Below are positions 7,518 through 14,497 of a stretch of 34,003 nt of DNA, in pieces. This DNA is from an uncultured Candidatus Peribacteria bacterium (GTDB lineage: Bacteria; Patescibacteriota; Gracilibacteria; Peribacterales; Peribacteraceae). Each line of letters begins with the position of its first letter. Within the stretch, counting starts at the first letter, position 1. The stretch lies in assembly GCA_964636635.1 (NCBI GenBank), contig CAZWVP010000001.1:1-34003 (forward strand), given 5' to 3'. A program made the position numbers and the translations under genes. The notes beneath the pieces were generated by a model. That model was not told where the DNA came from. It ran no database searches and was given only the letters and a program-made list of their open reading frames with translations.

Positions 7518-8360
7518 ATGCACTGCGTTTGCGTGGGTTGTGTGGCCGACGAAAAGTATGCGCCCGGTCTGGCTGGCACCTTGCGTTCACTCGCCGATGC
7601 CTGCAGCCGACCCGTGCAGGCTTGGGTGATAGACGGAGGCCTTTCGCCGGAAGCCCGAAAGAAGTTGAACGCGTCTTGGTCGAACATAGAAGTGCATTGG
7701 TTGGAACCGGATTTTTCGCACATCAAAAATCTGAAAGCACACAAATGGTTCAACTACCTCGTGCACGCACGCTTGCTGCTGCCGCACTTGGCAACGGGTG
7801 CGGAGCGTTTGTTGTACGTGGATAGCGACATGCTCGTGCGTGGCGACGTTGCGCAGTTGTACGACAGCGACTTGTACGGAAAAGCCTTCGGAGCGGTGCA
7901 GGACTTGGGATGCTTGACGGTTTCGGAACCGACGTACGGACTTCTCAACTGGCGCGAATTGGGTTTGCCGCCGGACAGGCCGTATTTCAATTCCGGCTTG
8001 CTCCTCATGAACATTCCCCGCTGGAACGAGCTGGCGCTTTCGGAGCGCGTTCTGGAATACGTCGCGCAGAATCCCGAGCAGCTCCGTTGGCCCGGGCAGG
8101 ATGGCGTGAACGTGATTGGCGGCGAGCATTGGACGCAGTTGGACCCGGCCTGGAACTCGCTCTACGAAGCCTTGCGCACCATGGATTGGTCCGATGATCG
8201 CACCGATGCCGCGACGCTTAGCCGTTTCACGGTAGACCCGAAGATTGTGCATTTCATCGGCCCCATAAAGCCGTGGCAGGCAAGCTGTGCGCATCCTCGT
8301 ACTTCCGAGTTTTTAGACGTGCTTCGTCGCACTGCCTTCGCAGCCGACATTCCGCACTAG
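7518..8360 (+). CDS. Glycosyltransferase family 8 (LPS/glycan alpha-glycosyltransferase-like)
   Basis: YVDSDMLV (DxD), NSGLLLMN, GQDGVNV and HFIGPIKPW motifs. Start moved to ATG 7518 to avoid overlapping the tRNA. Confidence 0.85.
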   Translation: MHCVCVGCVADEKYAPGLAGTLRSLADACSRPVQAWVIDGGLSPEARKKLNASWSNIEVHWLEPDFSHIKNLKAHKWFNYLVHARLLLPHLATGAERLLYVDSDMLVRGDVAQLYDSDLYGKAFGAVQDLGCLTVSEPTYGLLNWRELGLPPDRPYFNSGLLLMNIPRWNELALSERVLEYVAQNPEQLRWPGQDGVNVIGGEHWTQLDPAWNSLYEALRTMDWSDDRTDAATLSRFTVDPKIVHFIGPIKPWQASCAHPRTSEFLDVLRRTAFAADIPH

Positions 8361-8393
8361 CGGTAGTGCGCCCTTTTCGGCACACTGTTCACC

Positions 8394-10289
8394 GTGCTCT
8401 CCGCGCGCGCGCAAGCGGCTTTGCAGGCGTACCTGCTCCCCACGTTCGTGGCCTTTGCCATATTGTGGCGCGGCGGCAAGAGTTTGGATGCCACGTGGCT
8501 TTTGGTGGCGGTGGCGTGGTTGCTCATTTCCGTCGTGTACAAGCGCCCCGCTTCGGCTCTGCCCGAACCGAAACAGGGCACGGCTTCCGCTCTTGGGTTC
8601 TTCTTCGTATTCTGGACGTTCGTCAGTTTCGTCTTTTCAAAAACGGCCAACTACGGTTTCGACGAACTCTTGCGTGACGGCTCGTTGGTGCTGCTTTTCC
8701 TCTGGTCCGTTTCCGTTTTTGCCGCCGAAGAGGGCGTGGCCTTGAAACAGCGCATTCTCAACGTGCTGCGTGTTTCCACCTTGCTTGCTTGCGCCGTGGG
8801 CGCATGGGTATACGTCACGCAGCCGGTGGACAGGTTCGTCGGCACATTCTTCGACTGGCGTTTCCACACCGACTTCTGGCCGAACGCTTGGGCAGAATAC
8901 TTGCTCTTGGCGTGGCCGATTTTCTTACTACCTGCATTGCAGTTGGAACTGCGCACGCGTCGTCAGCTTGTCTGGTTCGTGATTTCGCTGGGTGCGGTCG
9001 TGGGTTGTTTGCTTCTCAGTTATTCGCGCGGTGCGCTCTTGGCGTTCGGCGGGCAGGCTGCGTTGCTTGCAGGCTACCTGTTCCTCAACGGGTTTTCGAA
9101 AGCGGAATGGAAGAGAATTCTTCTTCTCACGACGGCGATTGCCGTCACGGCGCTCGTGACGTTTGCGGGTGTAAACGCTGTGCGCGGTTTGGCTTTTCCG
9201 GTGCAGAGCGTCGCCGACAAGGTGACGTTTACGGCGGAAGAGGGAACTTCCTCCATAGATGAGCGCAGTGCGTTTTGGAATCAGTCGCTCATGTTGGCGC
9301 AAGCGAACCCCGTTTTCGGTTGGGGTCCGTACAGCTTTCGTTTCCTGCAGCCCCACCTGCAAACCGGTGTCTTGGCCACTTCCGACCATCCGCATAACGT
9401 TTTTCTGAAACTGCTTGCCGAACGCGGCTTGCCCGCCGCGGCCGCTTTTGCGGCGTTGCTTCTTTTCGTACTGGTGCCGGCCATGCGCCGCACGCTTTCC
9501 ACTCTCGCGCCCACTCCGGCCGTCTTGCTCATTGCCTTGCTCGGTACGTTGGCGCACAACCTCTTGGACTTCAATTTGCAGTTCGTGGGCATAGCCCTGC
9601 CGTTCTGGCTTTTTCTCGGCATGCTCACGGGAAATTTCTTTTCCACTCAAAAGGAACACACGGCTCGTCTGCTGCGCTTGGCGCGCAGAGTGTGCATCAG
9701 TTTGCTGCTGCTCGCGGCTCTCGTGGAAGCGCCGTTGCTTTTGGCTTCGTCCGTCGGGCGTCGCGCGGAGCGTGAAGGCGACGTGGAAACGGCTTGCAAA
9801 TATTACGCGTTGGCCCGGCACCAGTTGTTCAGCCGCGATTTGCACCTGAGCCGCACCCGCCTGTGCGGACAAGAGAGTATTCAAGACTACTTCGCTCAAA
9901 ACGTTCAAGACGGCCGTGCGTATGTATTGGCGGGGCAATACTGCGCCACGGGCGAAAAGTCGGAGCAGTGCGTTTTGCAGAACGCACTTCTGGCGTACGA
10001 GGCGAACCGTTGGAACGACCTGCAAACCGTCAGTCAGCTCATTGTCGTTCTGCCGGCGCAGGCAAAAGCGCTGCAGCCGGAAATACGAGCGTTACTGTTC
10101 CACTATGCCGTCGCTTTCGAAACGAACGCCCACTTCATAGCGCTTTCGCCGCAACTGGAGGAGTTTTTGGTGGCTCTCCGCGAGTACGAAAAGGCCTTCG
10201 GTTACGATGAAGAGCTGAAGAAACGCGGAGTGGCGGCCGCCGCGCACGCCTTGCAAGAACGCGCCCGACTGCGCGGCCGCGAAGAGTAA
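8394..10289 (+). CDS. O-antigen ligase / Wzy_C-family polytopic membrane protein with a soluble helical (TPR-like) C-terminal domain
   Basis: Many TM segments. Motifs LLSYSRGALLAFGG, FGWGPYSF and HPHNVFLKLLAERG. GTG start. Confidence 0.75.
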   Translation: MLSARAQAALQAYLLPTFVAFAILWRGGKSLDATWLLVAVAWLLISVVYKRPASALPEPKQGTASALGFFFVFWTFVSFVFSKTANYGFDELLRDGSLVLLFLWSVSVFAAEEGVALKQRILNVLRVSTLLACAVGAWVYVTQPVDRFVGTFFDWRFHTDFWPNAWAEYLLLAWPIFLLPALQLELRTRRQLVWFVISLGAVVGCLLLSYSRGALLAFGGQAALLAGYLFLNGFSKAEWKRILLLTTAIAVTALVTFAGVNAVRGLAFPVQSVADKVTFTAEEGTSSIDERSAFWNQSLMLAQANPVFGWGPYSFRFLQPHLQTGVLATSDHPHNVFLKLLAERGLPAAAAFAALLLFVLVPAMRRTLSTLAPTPAVLLIALLGTLAHNLLDFNLQFVGIALPFWLFLGMLTGNFFSTQKEHTARLLRLARRVCISLLLLAALVEAPLLLASSVGRRAEREGDVETACKYYALARHQLFSRDLHLSRTRLCGQESIQDYFAQNVQDGRAYVLAGQYCATGEKSEQCVLQNALLAYEANRWNDLQTVSQLIVVLPAQAKALQPEIRALLFHYAVAFETNAHFIALSPQLEEFLVALREYEKAFGYDEELKKRGVAAAAHALQERARLRGREE

Positions 10290-10297
10290 GCTACCAT

Positions 10298-10807
10298 GTG
10301 CGCATGCGTTTTTCCGCCCCTCTTCTTCTGTGTGTATTTCTGCTCGCCGCTTGTTCCCAGAAACAAGTGAAGATTGGCGATGAGCCGCAAAAGGGGCGCA
10401 GCGAATATTCCATACCCGACAAGTCGGTTGCGGTGGACCCCGATCACGGACGCGAGGTGGCACTCGGCGTCACGGCTTTGACCGGCACGGGCGGTACCCA
10501 GGCCAACGGCGTGGCTCAAGCCAGTCTCTTCAGCGACGGCGCTGCGCGTGCCGTGCTGCAGCTCAACATTGCCCGGACGGAAGCGGGTGAATACTACGAG
10601 GCGTGGCTGCGCAACCCGTCCACGGGAGAAAAGGTCTCGTTGGGGCAAGTGACGAGCAAGCTCGGAGATGCCCGTCACGGCGCCCGCAAAGACGTTAAAA
10701 AAGACCCGCGCGACTTTTCGGAGGTGGTGATTACCCGGGAAAATGAATCTCCCGCCGTAGCGGGCGTAACGGTGGCGGTGGGAACCTTGAAGTTCCAGCG
10801 GCGCTGA
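10298..10807 (+). CDS. Lipoprotein with an RskA-like (anti-sigma-K C-terminal-like) domain
   Basis: Signal peptide with lipobox LLAAC. GEYYEAWLRNPSTGEKVSLGQV resembles the RskA C-terminal motif. GTG 10298 or ATG 10304 could be the start. Confidence 0.65.
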   Translation: MRMRFSAPLLLCVFLLAACSQKQVKIGDEPQKGRSEYSIPDKSVAVDPDHGREVALGVTALTGTGGTQANGVAQASLFSDGAARAVLQLNIARTEAGEYYEAWLRNPSTGEKVSLGQVTSKLGDARHGARKDVKKDPRDFSEVVITRENESPAVAGVTVAVGTLKFQRR

Positions 10808-11079
10808 AGCTCTGTTTTTAGCCGAGGCTGGGAGTGCGCGTGAACATTTCCACCACGTAGGCGGCAATGAGGAACGCGTGCACCCACAACAGGGGATTCT
10901 GAAGTTTGTGTTGTGTGTATTTCACGCGATTCATCATAGAAGAATGGGAAAAAGGCGGGCAGTGTACGTACGGAAAGGTTGTTGCATAGTGCAATTTTGG
11001 CCCATTTTCCCTTGCTCGAAGGCGATTTCGGATTTTTTGGCTCCAATATGGCAAAAAACAAGCAATGTTTGCCGGTCCG

Positions 11080-11110
11080 TATTTATGAATACAATATTTG
11101 TTCATAAATA
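11080..11110. repeat. Perfect 10-bp inverted repeat TATTTATGAA-N11-TTCATAAATA inside an AT-rich island
   Basis: Read directly: tatttatgaa tacaatatttg ttcataaata. Confidence 0.9.
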
Positions 11111-11216
11111 ATTCCCAAAACAGTAAAAATGTTTTCTTGTATACATAAGCTTGGCTTCATTTCATGCAAATCTTCGCTTTTGTTCGCCGGACATTGTCAG
11201 TATCATCTGCCCGCGT

Positions 11217-11293
11217 CGGGATGTAGCTCAGTTGGCTAGAGCGTACGGTTCGGAACCGTAAGGCCGCAGGTTCAAGTCCTGTCATCCCGACCA
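11217..11293 (+). tRNA. tRNA-Pro (anticodon CGG), CCA encoded
   Basis: CGGGATGTAGCTCAGTTGGCTAGAGCGTACGGTTCGGAACCGTAAGGCCGCAGGTTCAAGTCCTGTCATCCCGACCA. Acceptor stem CGGGATG/CATCCCG, anticodon loop TTCGGAA. Confidence 0.93.
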
Positions 11294-11487
11294 TTCATTC
11301 GTGAAAGAAAACCTACCCTTCGACCGCGCTCAGGACAGGCGGTTTCTCTCACGAGCTCTCTTTCCCTTAACAAGGAGCGCCTCCACTTCGGGCAGAGCCC
11401 TCGTTCGGCGAATGTATCGATAACAGATCAAACCCTGCCTGCCTGCGTGCCGTAGTCTATTTCAACTGGCTCAGTACAGGCTCCGGC

Positions 11488-11521
11488 GAAGTCGGGTCAT
11501 CCCGATGATTCGACTTCTTTT
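11488..11521 (+). terminator. Putative rho-independent terminator
   Basis: GAAGTCGGGTCATC-CC-GATGATTCGACTTC hairpin (with G-U pairs) followed by TTTT. There is no T-run in the opposite orientation. Confidence 0.5.
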
Positions 11522-11568
11522 CCACACCAAAACGCACTTTTACATTTTTCTGCAGAACAGCTGCACGT

Positions 11569-11826
11569 TTATTCCTTGTCGCCTTCATCATCTTCCTCTT
11601 CCTTTTTTTCAGGGCGAGTGATGGGCGGAGGCAGGCACATGGGGCAACCGCCGCAGCTATGACCTCCTTGCGAAGGTGGTGCGGTAGCCGCGGCAATGCC
11701 GGCGGCGACGGTGCCCAATATGCGTAAAAGTCTCAACCCGGTGGAAGGTGCAGGCGTCGATTCGGCGTCGGCCTTCATTTCTTCTGGATTGCCGCCACCG
11801 GCCGCTGCTGTTTGCTTGAGAGCCAT
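11569..11826 (-). CDS. Small hypothetical protein (85 aa) with a hydrophobic segment, an HSCGGCPMC motif and an acidic tail
   Basis: ORF with GC3-rich codons. Good promoter TTGTCA-17-TACGAT, 8 nt upstream of the ATG. Confidence 0.5.
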   Translation of the reverse strand: MALKQTAAAGGGNPEEMKADAESTPAPSTGLRLLRILGTVAAGIAAATAPPSQGGHSCGGCPMCLPPPITRPEKKEEEDDEGDKE

Positions 11827-11834
11827 GGGGGCGC

Positions 11835-11863
11835 ATCGTACGACTTTTCAAAACGGCTGACAA
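11835..11863 (-). promoter_or_regulatory. Promoter TTGTCA-17-TACGAT, with ATG 8 nt downstream
   Basis: Minus-strand reading: TTGTCAgccgttttgaaaagtcgTACGATgcgcccccATG. Confidence 0.5.
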
Positions 11864-11927
11864 ACAGTCCGATGCCCTCCTGGCGCTGTGATACCATGCG
11901 CGCAGCCCGTCGTTTCCATTCGCATTT

Positions 11928-12647
11928 ATGAAAGAACTTCTTCGTTCCTATCGTTATCTGGATTTCATCATGGCCGCGTTCGTGGCCGTGGTGCTTGTGA
12001 GCAACATTGCTTCCTCGGCGAAAATCGTGGATTTCGGTTGGTCGATTGCGGGCGTGCCGCTGGCTTTCGATGCCGGTACGTTGCTCTTTCCACTCAGCTA
12101 CATTTTCGGCGATATTCTCACCGTGGTGTACGGCTTCGACAGAAGCCGCAGAGTCATTTGGACGGGTTTTGCCGCGGCTGCTCTCATGAGCGCGGTGTTC
12201 TGGGTGGTGCAGCAACTGCCGGGGGAGGTTCAGTGGCAGCAGTATGCAGGCGACGCTTCGTACGCAGCCATTTTGGGCGGCATAAGCAGCTTCGGCATCG
12301 TCGCGGCCAGTCTGTGTGCGTACGTGTGCGGAGAGTTCACGAATTCCTACGTGCTGGCGAATATGAAGGTGGCCATGAAGGGGCGTCATTTGTGGGTGCG
12401 CACCATCGGCTCCACGCTGGTGGGTGAAGGCGTGGATACCGTTCTCTTCACGCTTTTGGCTTGCAGCTTCGGCGTGTTTCCATGGGAAATAGCGCTCAGT
12501 CTCATTTTGGCGAACTATCTCTTCAAGGTGGCAATCGAAGTGCTCTTCACTCCCGTCACCTACCGCGCGGTAACGTGGCTTAAGCGCGCGGAGGCGTGCG
12601 ATGTGTACGACCGCGGCACGAACTTCAACCCCTTTACGCTTTCGTAG
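11928..12647 (+). CDS. yhhQ: Queuosine-precursor transporter (YhhQ / VUT, DUF165 family)
   Basis: Polytopic membrane protein. Motifs FPLSYIFGDILTVVYG, WVRTIGSTLVGEGVDTVLF and ANYLFKVAIEVLFTP. Confidence 0.85.
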   Translation: MKELLRSYRYLDFIMAAFVAVVLVSNIASSAKIVDFGWSIAGVPLAFDAGTLLFPLSYIFGDILTVVYGFDRSRRVIWTGFAAAALMSAVFWVVQQLPGEVQWQQYAGDASYAAILGGISSFGIVAASLCAYVCGEFTNSYVLANMKVAMKGRHLWVRTIGSTLVGEGVDTVLFTLLACSFGVFPWEIALSLILANYLFKVAIEVLFTPVTYRAVTWLKRAEACDVYDRGTNFNPFTLS

Positions 12648-12864
12648 CGAGAGCAGCACGCAAGCTTACGTCCAATTCGTCCAACGTTTCGTCGCTCAGA
12701 GGACTTTGCGTTTGCAGTTTTTGGTAGTCCGCGCCGTTTTCCAAGAGCAGATGAATGCGATACAAAAAAGCCGTTCGAGGGTTGGTTAAGTCTCCGCTGT
12801 CGAGCATTTCCGTACGCAGCGCCGCGGGCGAGTTCGGCAGCGTTCTGTCTATGGAGTTACTCAT
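12634..12864 (-). CDS. Small hypothetical protein (76 aa, MSNSIDRTLPNSPAALRTEML...)
   Basis: Coding-like codon usage. Internal ATG of the 86-aa ORF. Overlaps the yhhQ 3' end by 14 nt (convergent). Confidence 0.4.
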   Translation of the reverse strand: MSNSIDRTLPNSPAALRTEMLDSGDLTNPRTAFLYRIHLLLENGADYQKLQTQSPLSDETLDELDVSLRAALATKA

Positions 12865-12960
12865 GAGAAAGAGAGATGAAGAAATGGAGATCATTCTACC
12901 CGTGAAAACGTTGCTGCCTAGTGACTCTGCTGTAGTATGGTTTCACTTCACCCGCTCATC

Positions 12961-13530
12961 ATGTCTTCCTTCTTGAAAAACACCCCCGCCCTCATTCTTC
13001 TCGGTATCATCTTCGTGCTCGGAGCGTGGCTCTGGAGCAGTTACAACGGTTTGGTGGGCTCCAAGGCGGAACTCGACTCCGCTTGGGCGAACGTGGAGGC
13101 TCAGTACCAGCGTCGTTTCGACTTGATTCCGAACCTGCAAGCCATCGTGCAAGGCGCCGCCGACTTCGAGAAGAGCACGTTTACCGCGGTGACGGCAGCT
13201 CGTACGCAGTGGCAGAATGCCGGTTCACAAACCGAAAAACTTCAGGCCATCAACAACTTCGACAGTTCGCTGTCGCGCTTGCTCGTGACGGTTGAGGCGT
13301 ATCCCGCATTGAAAGCCACGCAAAACTTCGCCGATTTCCAAGCCGAATTAGCCGGTACGGAAAACCGCATCACCGTTTCCCGTCAGGACTACAACGAGGC
13401 CGTGAAGCGTTACAACGTGTTCGTGAAGGTGTTCCCGCGCAACCTCATCGCTTCGTGGTTCGGCTACGAGGAGGCCGCTTTCTTCCGTGCCGCCGAAGAC
13501 GCGGCTCAGGCTCCGAAAGTGCAGTTCTAG
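12961..13530 (+). CDS. lemA: LemA family membrane protein
   Basis: N-terminal TM, then YNGLV...VEAQYQRRFDLIPNL...EAYPALKA...ELAGTENRI...R.YN is a typical LemA signature. ATG 12961 is preferred over 12937 because 12937 overlaps a candidate -10 box (TAGTAT at 12933-12938, with TTGCTG 16 nt upstream). Confidence 0.88.
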   Translation: MSSFLKNTPALILLGIIFVLGAWLWSSYNGLVGSKAELDSAWANVEAQYQRRFDLIPNLQAIVQGAADFEKSTFTAVTAARTQWQNAGSQTEKLQAINNFDSSLSRLLVTVEAYPALKATQNFADFQAELAGTENRITVSRQDYNEAVKRYNVFVKVFPRNLIASWFGYEEAAFFRAAEDAAQAPKVQF

Positions 13531-13531
13531 C

Positions 13532-14407
13532 ATGTTCAGCCGCATGCCGATCGTCGGCCTGTGTGCCGCCGCATTGTTCTTGCAGGCGAACTTCGCACAT
13601 GCGGAAATAACCGTGCCCGCCAATGACGGTTACGTGACGAATCTTGCGGGTGAAACGGTGATGACAACGGTGCAGGAAGAGGCTTTGGAAGCCGATTTGA
13701 AGGCCTACAAAGACGCCACGAGCAACGAAATCGCAGTCGTCATTTTACCCGAACTGGCCGGCATGCCCGCTTTCGACGTGGCGTTGCAAATAGGCAGAAG
13801 TTGGGGCGTGGGTGACGAGCAGAAAGACAACGGCATCGTGTTTTTGGTGGCGTACAAAGAACGCGAAGTCTTTCTCTCCATTGGGCGAGGGTTGGAAGGC
13901 CCCGTGCCCGACATGATCGCCAAGCGGATCATTGAAACTGACATCGTGCCGCAATTTCGCGACGGCAAATATGCCGAAGGCATCGCTGCGGGCATCGACG
14001 CCTTGAAGAAGCACATCGGTGGCGAGTACACCGCCGACCGTTATGCCGTGAGCACGTCTCCCGACGTTATTTTCTTCATGCTCATTTTCGCGCTTATCGG
14101 TCTCCAATGGCTGGCCGCGTTTCTCTCGCGCAGCAAATCGTGGTGGTTGGGCGGGGTGCTGGGCGGGGCGGGCGGCTCTTGGGCGGCATTGTTTTCCGGT
14201 TGGTGGCTGCTCGTGCCGCTGCTCGTCGGCGTCGGCTTGGTGTTCGACTACTGGGTTTCGAAATACCCGCAAATCGGTCGCCATCGCCGAGGCGGCGGTT
14301 GGCGCGGCGGTTCGGGCGGTTGGGGCAGTGGCGGAGGCGGCGGAGGTGGCTTCGGTGGCTTCGGCGGCGGGTCGTTCGGCGGAGGCGGCGCTGGTGGCAG
14401 GTGGTAG
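13532..14407 (+). CDS. TPM-domain (YgcG-like) membrane protein with a Gly-rich C-terminal tail
   Basis: Signal peptide, then TPM motifs (NEIAVVILPEL, DNGIVFLVAYKEREV..IGRGLEG), TM segments and a GGGWRGGSGGWGSGGGGGGGFGGFGGG tail. The start lies 1 nt after the lemA stop. Confidence 0.85.
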   Translation: MFSRMPIVGLCAAALFLQANFAHAEITVPANDGYVTNLAGETVMTTVQEEALEADLKAYKDATSNEIAVVILPELAGMPAFDVALQIGRSWGVGDEQKDNGIVFLVAYKEREVFLSIGRGLEGPVPDMIAKRIIETDIVPQFRDGKYAEGIAAGIDALKKHIGGEYTADRYAVSTSPDVIFFMLIFALIGLQWLAAFLSRSKSWWLGGVLGGAGGSWAALFSGWWLLVPLLVGVGLVFDYWVSKYPQIGRHRRGGGWRGGSGGWGSGGGGGGGFGGFGGGSFGGGGAGGRW

Positions 14408-14443
14408 GGGATAGGATTAAGGATTAGGGTTAGGGTTAAGGAT
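14405..14443. repeat. Degenerate tandem 6-7-nt repeat TAGGGGA TAGGAT TAAGGAT TAGGGT TAGGGT TAAGGAT (telomere-like TTAGGG units)
   Basis: Read directly; begins at the TPM stop codon. Confidence 0.85.
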
Positions 14444-14458
14444 CGCGAAATGCGCGAC

Positions 14459-14486
14459 ACGCTATACGCCACACGCAATACGCAAT
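14459..14486. repeat. Four tandem heptamers: ACGCTAT ACGCCAC ACGCAAT ACGCAAT
   Basis: Read directly. The last unit overlaps a TAGACT -10-like box (14486-14491), 6 nt upstream of ATG 14498. Confidence 0.85.
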
Positions 14487-14497
14487 AGACTGCATGC

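Noticed and set aside
7320-7523. N-terminal extension of the deacetylase ORF (317-aa version) and the 7413 start of the GT8 ORF
   Set aside because: Both extensions read through tRNA-Leu (7356-7442). Internal ATGs give a proper signal peptide (MKHHVLLG...) and a typical GT8 N-terminus.
10818-10937. Possible 39-aa minus-strand membrane peptide (MMNRVKYTQHKLQNPLLWVHAFLIAAYVVEMFTRTPSLG), plus the 95-aa and 77-aa track ORFs in the 10.8-11.1 kb region
   Set aside because: The short C-terminal part has coding-like codons. However, I found no promoter or start context and no recognisable family. The longer ORFs have implausible compositions. There is too little evidence to call a gene.
11827-11927. 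Looked for a preQ1 riboswitch upstream of yhhQ, a frequent arrangement for this transporter family
   Set aside because: No small hairpin followed by the A-rich ...AAAAACUA-type tail or a pseudoknot could be recognised. Only a weak GCGC/GCGC stem is present. An Infernal scan would be needed to be certain.
14290-14404. G-rich repetitive DNA (ggcggaggcggcggaggtggcttcggtggc...) as a possible non-coding repeat
   Set aside because: It is the coding sequence for the Gly-rich C-terminal tail that is characteristic of YgcG/TPM-family proteins.
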